A stretch of DNA of 62,706 bases, filler included, from Nemertoderma westbladi (Eukaryota; Animalia; Xenacoelomorpha), in assembly GCA_032718475.1 (NCBI GenBank). It is 5 parts of 5 records of this genome, joined end to end, with 100 filler letters (N's around TTAATTAATTAA, not from the genome) between each part and the next. Parts side by side here need not be neighbours in the genome. Positions count along the whole stretch, not along the records: positions 29,728 to 40,306 come from JAUCBJ010000410.1; positions 40,407 to 60,588 come from JAUCBJ010003929.1; 3 more parts are not named here. One strand, given 5' to 3'. This document shows, piece after piece, positions 36,669 to 48,935 of the stretch. The translations under genes and the position numbers were made by a program. Positions within the stretch are counted from its first letter, which is position 1. Each line of letters opens with the position of its first letter. A model generated the notes under the pieces. It ran no database searches. It had not been told where the DNA came from and saw only the letters and a program-made list of their open reading frames with translations.

Positions 36669-38831
36669 CTAGCGAACCGAGGGTAACCTCGAAGGCCGCC
36701 TAACCGCGTAAATCGGATACAACAACGTCGTTGATAAAGTTGGAAAACTTTCATTTAGCGAATGTTCCCTGTAATAGTTAACTAGTTGATTGAGGTTAAA
36801 GAATGTAATATCGGGCGCCAAGTAGCAACACGGATTCTGATGAGAAACATTACGAAACCCTATCAGTAGATGTTGTGGTTTGTGTTTGAAGATTACATCG
36901 ATTTTGTACTCAAACGAACCTCCTTTTAGGGTCTTCCTCACAAGGAATGTACCATCAGGCCGACCTTCCAACAGTTGTAAGGCATTCCTTCTTTCCATTT
37001 CACCTACATACCACAGTTCATCCTGCGGAGTTGATATTGAATCTCTTCTACGAGGCGGAAGTGCTGGCGGCTTTATCGGGAGTGTCTTTACTTCGATTGA
37101 CGATCTTCGACTTACTGAAGGGTTTATTGGGACGCTGCACTCAACATTACCAGGCAGTTCAATGCACCATCTGTGCGTGGAAATAAAACACTTTTTACAA
37201 CAGTATCCTTGAAAGAATGAACCATGAAGAAGTTTTTCGCAGTTCTTACAGTTGGTCGGTTGGTTGAATGAACAGTACTCAAAATTGTGATTTCCAAAGT
37301 TACGAGAAATCGGCATTATGTTATTATAACTTTGTTCGAAGCAATGTTGCCATTTGTGACGAAGATCAGCTGTTTTGGCATAAAAGTAAATTTGATTTTG
37401 CTTAGATACGAGATTCAAACACATAAAACCCGCGGAACCCTGCTCTGGCCCAGACAATGGCCGCATGGTAAATTCTTTAAGAAGTAGGGTTTTGTTAAAG
37501 ATGTAGGAACCATTATTCAATTTAGTAATTATAATTGCCTTGTCAAAAAGAAATATATACCGCTTTTCACTGGAAGACTTGTTTAATCCTTCTTGTACTC
37601 TTAGCTCACCATCTCTGTGGTGTCTACCGTACGTCTTCAGGGAAATTCCACTGTAATCCTTGATAGTTGCTTCAACATTATTAATGAGCTTCAAATTCTC
37701 GGAATCACGTTTAACCTCATTCACATAACAGGCAACATCTTCTAAAGATTCAAGGGCATTTAGCACCGAATTATATGTTGGATGTCCCTCTGGGGTTTCT
37801 TTCTTTAGATCTCGTATTATCAGATGGTATTTAAGAATTCTCTGCATTGGGACCGTTAACAGGTCTCTGAGACGAAAACTACAACCATTGGCAATCTGTT
37901 CACAATTTTGTATCGCTTCTCTTATTCTACTATCCTTCTGTTGAACTTCAACCTCATTAAAGGCATCAGGTAAGTTGGAACAATACTCACCATATTTGAG
38001 CAAGTCTTTCCCCCACTTTAAAAGACTCTCCGCTACCGGCTTAAGCGGATCTTTCAACGCGAGCTTCATGTCACCAAGTAACCCCTCATGCAAATTATAT
38101 AACTCCTCCAAATTACAAAAGATTGTTCGCATCACTTCATCATCCAAGTCTTTATTGAGTTTTTGTATAAAATGAACACGAATAGAATTCAATACCTGAA
38201 CATATTTCTCTTCGGATTGGATTAGTTCGTTGATACATTTCTGACGTATATCTACATTTCTAATGGACGCACCTTTCAGAGAGAACCTTCTTGCCGCAGT
38301 TACCAGTCCCATTTCCTCGTAAATTCCCTCAATATTGTGGTTAATAGAATATATTGGTTCCTTCGCATCCTCTAAAGAAAAATGTTCAGCTAACCCGGGA
38401 AGAGTTTCATAAATATGGGCATCATCATCAGGTCCTGCCACACCTCCAACTGAAAATGACTGGATTCCTAACTTCAACGCTTCAGGGCTCTGACTCACTT
38501 TGCTCAAAGTGTACAACACTTTCTTGAAATTGTAAAGTTCATACAAATCTGACGGTTCAAATAACTCACTTTCTGCGATTTTGAATTTACTTGAACAAGA
38601 TTCCAAGAACATCTTTATGTTCATGTTACAAAGAAAGGGGGACATCCTAGGAGTTATGTTGTAGTCACGTGGGTCAATTGACCCCGGCGTGATGATGTTA
38701 AGGAGTTGGCATAGTAACACACCATCCCGAAGGTCTTGGGCCAATCCAAAAGCGTCCCCCTTGTCCCAGCTCTCGTGTAGGAAGACACGAGAAGCTCTCA
38801 ACCAGTTACTGCATCGCTTCCAAGCCTCCAT
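36669..38831 (-). CDS. vav: Vav Rho/Rac guanine nucleotide exchange factor (CH-acidic-DH-PH-C1-SH2), single-exon CDS, no SH3
   Basis: MEAWKRCSNWL...LRDGVLLCQLL (CH); three IY motifs in the acidic region; LRDLLTVPMQRILKYHL (DH); YIFLFDK (PH); HNF...C..C...GYCCKKC..HRWC (C1); WYVGEMER...GTFLVR (SH2). Confidence 0.95.
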   Translation of the reverse strand: MEAWKRCSNWLRASRVFLHESWDKGDAFGLAQDLRDGVLLCQLLNIITPGSIDPRDYNITPRMSPFLCNMNIKMFLESCSSKFKIAESELFEPSDLYELYNFKKVLYTLSKVSQSPEALKLGIQSFSVGGVAGPDDDAHIYETLPGLAEHFSLEDAKEPIYSINHNIEGIYEEMGLVTAARRFSLKGASIRNVDIRQKCINELIQSEEKYVQVLNSIRVHFIQKLNKDLDDEVMRTIFCNLEELYNLHEGLLGDMKLALKDPLKPVAESLLKWGKDLLKYGEYCSNLPDAFNEVEVQQKDSRIREAIQNCEQIANGCSFRLRDLLTVPMQRILKYHLIIRDLKKETPEGHPTYNSVLNALESLEDVACYVNEVKRDSENLKLINNVEATIKDYSGISLKTYGRHHRDGELRVQEGLNKSSSEKRYIFLFDKAIIITKLNNGSYIFNKTLLLKEFTMRPLSGPEQGSAGFMCLNLVSKQNQIYFYAKTADLRHKWQHCFEQSYNNIMPISRNFGNHNFEYCSFNQPTNCKNCEKLLHGSFFQGYCCKKCFISTHRWCIELPGNVECSVPINPSVSRRSSIEVKTLPIKPPALPPRRRDSISTPQDELWYVGEMERRNALQLLEGRPDGTFLVRKTLKGGSFEYKIDVIFKHKPQHLLIGFRNVSHQNPCCYLAPDITFFNLNQLVNYYREHSLNESFPTLSTTLLYPIYAVRRPSRLPSVR

Positions 38832-40306
38832 CTAAAGTAACAACCCAAAAGTTCCTCTAAGTCTTCTGCACATTTTATATAAACCCAAAATAAATTGTAT
38901 AGGAACCTATTTTGATATCAGATAAACCTTAAGAAATTTAGTACTGATATATACTAAAAGGTATGTAGGCCCACAACTAAGATATCTACTAAAGTAGGCC
39001 TACTGATAATATTTTCTCGATCTTAGTTTTGCCTCAACCAACATTGGAATGGAATGCATGAATCCGTACTAACAAAACTGTAATTATATTGAGTTTCTTT
39101 ACGGTAATCCATGCTAAAATACACTGCATTTAAACTTTTTCTAACAGACCACGACAACGATTTAGACCTACCATATTTCTAGGCGCAAGGTTTTACTAAT
39201 ATGTTACTGACTTCAGTTAATAATAATTTGGCAATAAAAATAAAACGTTATTGTTTGTTTGGCATTGTACAAATGTAGACCTACAGTATGCACCTACACT
39301 CTAAAAAAACTTCTTTGTAAAATTGCAAAGAAAATCTTGTTTGATCTTTTTTACTAGATTTTCTTTGGAAAAGTTTCAAGGATTTTATCAGATTACCAAG
39401 ATGAAGTCAATTTGACAATATTTATCTAGGCATCTGGATCTTGTTGAAAATCATCTTGAAAATGTTGGCGGTTTGTTACCTACACAAGCAGACTTGCATA
39501 CAGTACCGGCACTGTATCACTGCAGCCAGCCATGCAGTCAAGTCAGGCTGTCAGGTGGACACAGGGTAGTGCAGTACAGCAGTTCAGCAGTACAGTGCTG
39601 CAGTGTGAGTGTAGTCTGGCAGTAATGCCATTTCTGACCTTTACTGGTACCGGTACCGGTAATACTTCTCCCTCCATACCGTACCGGACCGGTCTGCCGG
39701 TAGGCTGTCCTACTGTACCCGTACCGATCTAGCGCCTAGCGGTACGGGTACGGTACCGGTCTGCCGGTAGTTATGCAGTTACTGACTTCTGGGTAGCTGT
39801 AGTTAATGCAAACTAGGCCTTCCTCAGTTCTTGGTTGCCTGGCCTACTGCCATGACTGCCTACTGAACTAATGTCGAAAATTCATGAAATTACAGAATTA
39901 GGCTACCCTACCGCTACCGGGAGCGCGGCAGGTGGCAAGCGGTAGGCGCAGGCGCTGTACTGCAGTACTGTGCTGCTGTGTATTGCATTGCTGTAGGCCA
40001 GTCCAGCAGTCAGGAACACTGGTCACAATTTGTCCAATCTGCCAATTTACAGCCAGAATGTGTCCGCGGAAAATGCTCTCAGAGTGAAATTTCTCCATAG
40101 AAAACAATGCTAAATTTCATTTGAAAACCGGCAGTGAAATTTTAACATTGGCATTCTAAAAATTATGCCATTAGAACCGCCATAAAATTCTGTATAAATT
40201 AATTTGAGAATTAGAATCTCATCGTTGGGATAACATCATTAATATTAAAAGTAAAAATTGTCACCTTCCTTACAGCCTTATGCCTTATGTGCCCAGCTTC
40301 TGCAGT

Positions 40307-40406
40307 NNNNNNNNNNNNNNNNNNNNNNNNNNNNNNNNNNNNNNNNNNNNTTAATTAATTAANNNNNNNNNNNNNNNNNNNNNNNNNNNNNNNNNNNNNN
40401 NNNNNN
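40307..40406. other. Assembly spacer
   Basis: N44-TTAATTAATTAA-N44. Confidence 0.97.
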
Positions 40407-40667
40407 ATAGTGTTATTGTTTATAGCGTTACTAAGGAATATGTTTATTACCATATTTATTTTAAAAATTATACACCATTATAATAATGTTTGAAGGCTTT
40501 ATTGCAATGTAAAACAATTTGTGTTATTTCTTGATTGTGTAGTGTTATTGTTTATAGTGTTACTAAGCAACCAGGCAATATGTTTGTCACCCGAAAGAAG
40601 ATAAAATTATTATATTGAAAGAAAGGCTTTATTATCTTCATACTATATTTAACACTTTATCTTGCGT

Positions 40668-40754
40668 AGCATGATAGCTCATTCGGTAGAGCGCCGGACT
40701 TTGAAAGTAATATGTCCAGGTTCGATTCTGTAAGAAAGATAATATTTTTTTTTT
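40668..40754 (+). other. tRNA-like Pol III cassette in an LTR-like AT-rich segment
   Basis: TAGCTCATTCGGTAGAGC A-box, GGACTTTGAA anticodon-arm remnant, GGTTCGATTC B-box and a T10 terminator; no acceptor stem. Confidence 0.65.
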
Positions 40755-42539
40755 GCAAATTCAGCAGAAACTTTATTTTTTGATTTTTTATGATAGTCAT
40801 TATGAATGAAGTATTTAAGTATATTTTAGAATTATTTTGTGTTCATACGTCAAGACCCACCCGTCATGTTATGATAGTTTAATTTGGAATAAGTATTTTT
40901 AGTTAATTGAATTGTGCTTAATATAGGTCAGTTTAATTTGGAATAAGTATTTTAGAATTGAATTGTGCATAATATAGGTTATATGAAGGTTATATTTGGG
41001 GAAAACATCTTGCGACAATCATAATATCGCTGTTGATGTTTTCCGGGGCGGTGTTAAACTCTGTACGTACTGCAGTAGCAATACAGGAAAAAACTCATTT
41101 ATTTTGTGCCAATACATTTCTACCTAAACGGGTGGCCCTTCTAAATTGATTTAGATACTGTTCAGTTATGCGCATGCGCCAGGCCCATTCCATGTAGGTG
41201 ATAAGAAGGGCGCTGTGATTGGCCATTTATCTGTTTGCTGGACGAATAAGAAAGCTAGTAGCTTCTCATATCCAAGTAAAAACCGGTTTACTGAATTTTA
41301 TGCAATGTCAACGAGAACTTACTGGAACCGGTAAAAACCAGTTTTGTTATTATATGGTTGCAAAACAGACCTATATTCTTACAGTATTACTCTTCAAGAT
41401 TTTATATTGAATTTTGTTTCAGATTATTGTATTGAATTTATCTTATATCCAAGTTCTGATTTTGTACCGTTAAATGTATTCGTACCTATAGATATGTATT
41501 AACCCAATTATTTGTTTGTGTTGGTAATTTTGCAAATCAGTATGCGATAAAGACATCCAGCGATCGGTTCGGAATTAAAACCCCATTGTTTTAACATGAG
41601 AGGCGCATTCTCCGTCTAATATAATTATGGAGTGAGGAGGTCGAGCCGTACCGGCCGACTGCAGGAGCCCAAAATGGATGGATGATGTTACACAACACGA
41701 GTGAAACATAAGGGCAGTAAGTTCGACTGGGCAAGCCACAAGGGGAGGGGGGTCTCATTAGGTTGATGTACACAATTCCATTAGGTTAACTGGTGCTTTA
41801 ACTATTTCCTGTACTTGGGTTTGGGCCAAATTGAACCGGGATACCCCATCATAATAACCACACAGGCATCACGGAAGTGCAAAGGGGGGAGAGTGTTGAT
41901 ATATATTTGGTATCAGCGCTCATCGTTTTGGCTTAGGTTTGGGTCTCATTGGGATACTAATATTCATTTCACTTCATCTTAAATTATTTTGACTTTGTTG
42001 GGGGTGAGTAAGCTTATATACCAAGTTTCAGCTACAGCATTATCCACAGTCCAGAAATAAATGTATTTGGGTATTTAGATAGCTAATCATCTCTCTCTCA
42101 CAATCATTAGTTTGACACTCTTACAGTTACTTTACAGAGTAGAAGTGAAAATTAGAGAATATCGGCAATTGATCCACGAGATAACCAGGTTTAGTATTGC
42201 GTATAGTTTCCTTCCTTTTACTACCGTCGACAGCGGTGCGGTGTATAGAAATATACAGAATTTGTTATAGCGGGAAAATTTAAGATAAATTGTTATTTAT
42301 ATTTGTTTGTTTATAAATTGTACTCGATACAACCCTTACCTATCGGCAGTTTAGCTTGCAGTATACGTGGTGGATAAGGGGCCATCACGCTAGTAAATTG
42401 TATTAAAGGTTGATAATATTAGCAGGCAGGCAGGGATTCCCCACCAACTGGAGTTTCCTTGTTGAGCTTTATATAGACCGGTTTATTGTTTTGTTTTCTT
42501 TAGAAACTGATACGTATTGCGATAATTTGATACGTATTC

Positions 42540-45040
42540 TACACCCATATAGGGTGTTTGTGTCCCGTATAGGGTTTGTATTGCTTATAATGATTTCAAA
42601 TAGTTTCTAAATATAGGGGAATACTCAAAAGAATATAGAATTCACTACCATAGCTTCAATTTCAATTTGTCCCGAATAGGTTGTTCATGTCCCATATAGG
42701 GTGTTTGTGTCCCATATAGGGTGTTTGTGTCCCAAATTGCGTGTGACTTTAGCAAAATGACTTTACATAGTTTATAAATATAATGGAATACTCAAAAGAA
42801 AATAGAATTCACTATCATAGCTTTAATTTAAATTTGTCCCAAATAGGTTGTTTTTGTCCCATATAGGGTGTTTGTGTGCCAAATAGCGTGTGACTTTCTC
42901 AAAATGATTTTACATAGTTTATAAAGAAAAAATATTTTTTTTATTATTCCATTATATTTATAAACTATGTAAAATCATTTTGAGAAAGTCATACACTATT
43001 TGGGACACAAACACCCTATATGGGACACAAACACCCTATTTGGGACAAATTTAAATTAAAGCTATGATACTGAATTATATTTTCTTTTGAGTATTCCATG
43101 AGATTTAGAAACTAATTAAAATCATTTTGAGAAAGTAACACGCTATTTGGGACACAAACACCCTATATGGGACACAAACAACCTATTTGGGACAAATTTA
43201 AATGAAAGCTATGATAGTGAATTCTATTTTCTTTTGAGTATTCCATTACATTTCGAAACTATTTGGAATCATTATAAGCACTTCACACCCTATACTGGAC
43301 ACAAACACCCTATATGGGACACAAACAACCTATTTGGGACAAATTTAAATTAAAGCTATGATAGCGGATTCTATTTTCTTTTGAGTATTTCCATTATATT
43401 TATAAACTATGTAAAATCATTTTGAGAAAGTCACACGCTATTTGGGACACAAACACCCTATATGGGACACAAACACCCTATATGGGACATAAACAACCTA
43501 TTTGGGACAAATTTAAATTAAAGCTATGATAGTGGATTCTATTTTCTTTTGAGTATTTCCATTATATTTATAAACTATGTAAAATAATTTTGAGAAAGTC
43601 ATACGCTATTTGGCACACAAACACCCTATATGGGACAAAAACAACCTATTTGGGACAAATTTAAATTAAAGCTATGATACTTAATTGTATTTTCTTTTGA
43701 GTATTCCATTATATTTATAAACTATGTAAAATAATTTTGAGAAAGTCACACGCTATTTGGGACACAAACACCCTATATGGGACACAAACACCCTATATGG
43801 GAAATAAACAACCTATTTGGGACAAATTTAAATTAAAGCTATGATAGTGGATTCTATTTTCTTTTGAGTATTTCCATTATATTTATAAACTATGTAAAAT
43901 AATTTTGAGAAAGTCATACGCTATTTGGCACACAAACACCCTATATGGGACAAAAACAACCTATTTGGGACAAATTTAAATTAAAGCAATGATAGTGAAT
44001 TCTATATTCTTTTGAGTATTCCATTACATTTCGAAACTATTTGAAATCATTATAAGCACTTCACACCCTATACCGGACACAAACACCCTATATGGGACAC
44101 AAACAACCTATTTGGGACAAATTTAAATTAAAGCTATGATAGTGGATTCTATATTCTTTTGAGTATTCCACTACATTTCGAAACTATTTGAAATCTATTA
44201 TAAGCACTTCACACCCTTTACGGGACACAAACACCCTATATGGGACAAAAACAACCTATTTGGGACAAATTGAAATTAAAGCTATGGTAGTGAATTCTAT
44301 ATTCTTTTGAGTATTCCATGAGATTTAGAAACTAATTAAAATCACTTTGAGAAAGTAACACGCTATTTGGGACACAAACACCATATATGGGACACAAACA
44401 ACCTATTTGGGACAAATTTAAATTAAAGCTATGATAGTGGATTCTATTTTCTTTTGAGTATTTCCATTATATTTATAAACTATGTAAAATCATTTTGAGA
44501 AAGTGACACGCTATTTGGGACACAAACACCCTATATGGGACACAAACACCCTATATGGGACACAAACAACCTATTTGGTACAAATTTAAATGAAAGCTAT
44601 GATAGTGATTTCTATATTCTTTTGGTTATTCCATTACATTTCGAAACTATTTGAAATCATTATAAGCACTTCACACCCTATACCGGACACAAACACCCTA
44701 TATGGGACATAAACAACCTATTTGGGACAAATTTAAATTAAAGCTATGATAGTGGATTATATTTTCTTTTGAGTATTTCCATTATATTTATAAACTATGT
44801 AAAATCATTTTGAGAAAGTGACACGCTATTTGGGACACAAACACCATATATGGGACACAAACACCCTATATGGGACACAAACAACCTATTTGGGACAAAT
44901 TTAAATGAAAGCTATGATAGTGAATTCTATATTCTTTTGGGTATTCCATTACATTTCGAAACTATTCGAAATCATTATAAGCACTTCACACCCTATACGG
45001 GACACAAACACCCTATATGGGACACAAACAACCTATTTGA
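42540..45040. repeat. Foldback-type tandem array (about 120-140-bp units with 19-bp GGGACACAAACACCCTATAT-type subunits); left arm inverted relative to right arm
   Basis: About three units in 42540-42925 are the reverse complement of the many units in 42945-45040; remnants at 45650-45755. Confidence 0.92.
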
Positions 45041-45164
45041 GTCAAATTTAAGACTTATTAAGGACTATTTGGGATGAAGTTGAGTCTGGGGGAGGAGGTT
45101 GCGATATCACTAATTTGTTTGTCATTTAATTATTATTATACGAATGTATTTAGATTTATTATAT

Positions 45165-45290
45165 GTGAATAAATTGCACCACATGAATAAATTGCACAAT
45201 GAATAAATTGCACAATGAATAAATTGCATAATGAATAAATTGCACAACATGACAAATTGCACAATATGAATAAATTGTACAACATGAAAT
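45165..45290. repeat. 15-18-bp minisatellite
   Basis: (ATGAATAAATTGCACA)n, about 7 degenerate copies. Confidence 0.85.
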
Positions 45291-45773
45291 TAAATAACGT
45301 GACTATGATGACACTATAGCCTATAATGTATCACAGTCTTACAGGCCATTTGCAAGGCACCCACAGTATATCTTTAACCATAACTAGGGAACGTATTCCA
45401 AATGCCCTTATTTAGAATGGGAATTTCCACTGTACATATACCTCAACCAGCTCTTGTCCCAAATACGTTGCTCTGTCCAGTATAGGTTGTTATAATGAGC
45501 CCCGGATTCGTAGCTGGCACTTGGATTATATATCAGTGGAATTTTCCATTAACCTTTACATTATATAGCCAATAAGGGAGATGCCTAACTTTAGGAATGT
45601 TGGTATTGGTTCGATGACGAGGAGTTGGCTCATATGATGATTTCATTGGATGCCCCTATATGGGACAGGTTGGAAATCATTACACAACCTATTTGGGACA
45701 GGTAGGAATAATAGAAAGCCCCATAGAAGTGAAGGGAAACACCCTATTCTGGACAATGATGTAGACACTACTC

Positions 45774-45962
45774 AATAAGCATGGTGGACAGCCCATGACT
45801 TTCTTGAGGCGCATCTTAACGGACACTGGCCTTGAAGATGCGGATGATCTAGCAAATGTCATGGGTGATAGGGAGTTGTGGCAGTGCAATTTTGTCGATA
45901 AGCCGACACAGCATTCTTAAAAATGCAGCTGCAATGCAGCATGCCGATCCTAGTAGTAGTAG
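45774..45962 (+). mobile_element. RTE-clade LINE copy 3 (3' end only)
   Basis: NKHGGQPMTFLRRILTDTGLEDADDLAN... and a (TAG)4 tail; no TSD seen. Confidence 0.9.
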
Positions 45963-46697
45963 CTATGTCTGTATGTGCCATGAACTGACTGACTGATGAA
46001 ACATATACCTGTATACTGTCAGTCTGTCTGACTGTACATGGGATTATCCTACCGGTAGCCTAGACACTACTGCACTACATGATTTTACTTCTACAGTTCT
46101 ATCCAGCTATCAGTTTGATTTGTTGTGCTTTTTTTACTTTTTTTTGTGCTTTTTTTTACTTTTTTGTGCTTTTTGTAGTATTTAGTACTGTAGTAGGACC
46201 CCTCTGTGGCTCCTGGCCTATCTCAGTACTGCAGTATCTGCTGATCTGAGCTGTGGTACCGGCACCGGTAGTAACTGCAGTACAGCAGTACCGGTATGGG
46301 TAACTGTTGAACTGCTGAACTGAACTGTTGAATGTTGCTTTCGGGAGGCCATACTGCTGTACTGCCATAGTCAGATAGTCCTGCATTCCTGCGTCCTGCT
46401 GTCCCGTATTCTGGCCTGGCAATTGGCACTACACACTACCAGACTACTGCAGTCAGGCGTAGTCAGGCAGTATAACATATAACGACACCCCAGCACTTTT
46501 ACATGGCGTATGGTGTTCTTGTTCATAATCATGTAACAAGTTTTAGTAATAAACTCGTAATAAACCGTAATTTAACTATACGCCTAGTGCCAGAGTGGGA
46601 GTGCCTAGCTGCCTAGTACAAATTAATTATATAGCCAGATAGCTGCAATTTATTATTACATTACGCCAGTACGTACCGGTACTGTCCTCGTATCTAC

Positions 46698-47501
46698 TAG
46701 GGCTCGATCGGAGCTCCGGCCTCCGGCTCCGGCTCCGGCCATTTTGGCACCTCCGGCTCCTGCTCCGGCTCCGGTAAAAATATTGCCGGAGTTAATTTTT
46801 TAATAAAGTATTATATTTCGTGCATATTCTAATCTGAACAATTATTTACACTATAAGTACTGTCATACTGCAGTACTGTAGTACAGCTTCAATATCAAGC
46901 ATAATACTGCAGTATTTACTTAGTCAATGACTGACTGACTATCTGACTATACTGCAGTACTGGTACTGGCCAGCTGGCTGACTACTGGACTATTACAGAT
47001 AGGCCATACTGTAAAAAATTGTTGTAAATGCTATGATTGTACACTGCACCACTGCAGCCATTTACTGACTGTCATGCCAGCATAATGTACTGCAGTACTG
47101 GTACATCAGTACATGTAGCCTACGGTACAGCGGTAGGCAACCTACAGTACACACCTCTACCACACAGCCACAGTTAGACAGTTAGTGAGTTAGGTACTGT
47201 AGGTAATTTTTAGCCGTCAGCGTCAGGCCGTCTGTCCTTGATAAATTAATTACTTAAATTTTAAATTGAAAATTCGTAAATCTATAAATTATGAAATTAA
47301 TTAGACCTACAGTACAGCAGTATGATTGATTATGAGTGATTGGCGAACGATAACCATAGGCCTACTTTATTTTTTTTAAATAAATATTTAAATTTTTAAA
47401 ATTTTTTGAAAAACTCCGGCTCCTGCTCCGGCTCCGGCCAAATTGTCCAACTCCGGCTCCTGCTCCGGCTCCGGCCAAATCCCAACTCCGATCGAGCCCT
47501 A
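46698..47501. mobile_element. hAT-family MITE
   Basis: TIR TAGGGCTCGATCGGAG / CTCCGATCGAGCCCTA; 8-bp TSD GTATCTAC; CTCCGG subterminal repeats. Confidence 0.92.
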
Positions 47502-48008
47502 GTATCTACCGTATACCGGTAGCAAGTACTTGTTGGTTGTATTATTCTTGTCGTTTTGTACTGCTGTACTGCAGTACTGTACTATAATATCTATCTACAT
47601 ACTGTACATTCTTTCATATTTATAATTAATTTATGCAGTGCATTTGCAGTGGTCAGGCTGTCAGGTGGTGGCAGGGCTGCAGGGTGGTGCCGCGTACTGG
47701 CGTACGGCCAGACGGCGGTATGTACCTTTTTTCCCACTTTTTGAAAAGCAGTACCGGCACTGCCAGACTGCTGTTGTTCAGAAGGCTTACCGGTAGCTCT
47801 GTCTGTCTGTCAGTCTGTCTGTCTGTAGCTCGGCTGCTCGGTGAAAATGAAGAGCTAGGTACGTGGTACGTCCAGGGCAGCAGGGTCCGGTCCAGCCAGG
47901 CCAGCCAGACGTCGACTGTAAAAAATTCGCGCAGCATCCAGGCATTTCTGTCAGTCCAGCAGTCCTGCAGTCTGTCACTCTGTCAGTTTCGATGCTGTCA
48001 GGCCCGTA

Positions 48009-48568
48009 TGCTAAGTGATTTTTTTGTGCGCCGAACGCGACGCGGCACAGAAAAAAATGTGCGCCTGCGCAGTCGAAAACAGTGCAAAATCCGCGTGCGC
48101 AGCAGAAAAACTGCGCGAGATTGGCGCGCGCAGCAGAAATTCTGCGCGAGATTGGCGCGCACAGCAGAAATACTGCGCGAAATCTCCTACCACGTACCTG
48201 CCTGCCTACTGCTGTACTGGCCTAAAGCACACCAAGCAGCCAAGTAGCAAGTAGGAGGCTTATTATTTCAGTAGGCCTATTTCTTACAGTACAGTCTTAT
48301 CTGTATTGTCATTACCCTGTTACCGGTAGTCAGCAGACTGCCAGGGGTAGCGGGTAGGTCTACTTACCGGTACTGACTTAGTGCTGTAGTGCAAGTCTGA
48401 GCCGTGCTATCAATTTTCTGCGCCTGCGCCTGTCGCGCCCCGCTCTAAATTTTCTGCGCCTGCGCGCTGCGCGGCGCTGCGCGGCGCTCTCAATTTTCTG
48501 CGCCTGCTCCAAATTATGGAAAAAATTGTGCGCCGAACGCGTTCGGCGTACATGCCCTACTTAGCAGA
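48009..48568. mobile_element. Possible MITE with TGCGCG-rich mirrored subterminal repeats upstream of Rae1
   Basis: TGCTAAGT...ACTTAGCA ends; TGTGCGCCGAACGCG motifs near both ends; GCAGAAA / TTTCTGCGC arrays in opposite orientation. Confidence 0.45.
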
Positions 48569-48935
48569 ATGGCTGTCAGGCTGTCGGTTGCGGCTTGCGG
48601 TAAGCCTACGCTACCTGGCTACCGCTACGTCTGCTGTGGCGTGGCAGTGCTGCAGTGTGGGATGGGCACTGGCAGACTGGGCGGTAATCAGGTAATATTA
48701 TTATTATTATCGGACCGCGCACCGGTACCACATGACATACCACTCATACCAGCATAGAGTTAGACTGTCGACTTTCATACCGGCTGACCGGTACCACATA
48801 CTGACCTGACATACTGACATAAATACAGAAATACTGAAATATAATACAGTAGGCCTAATAAACTACCGTGTATCAGACTATTACAGAATTAAGTGCTTGA
48901 ACTGTTGAATCTGAACTCTGACTGACCAATTAGAA

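Noticed and set aside
45500-45575. GTWIIYQ peptide resembling a crystallin motif
   Set aside because: Short frame closed by a stop, with no other Greek-key residues or supporting exons.
47556-48254. ORFs up to 204 aa upstream of Rae1
   Set aside because: They run through low-complexity palindromic tracts and MITE repeats, with no recognisable domain.
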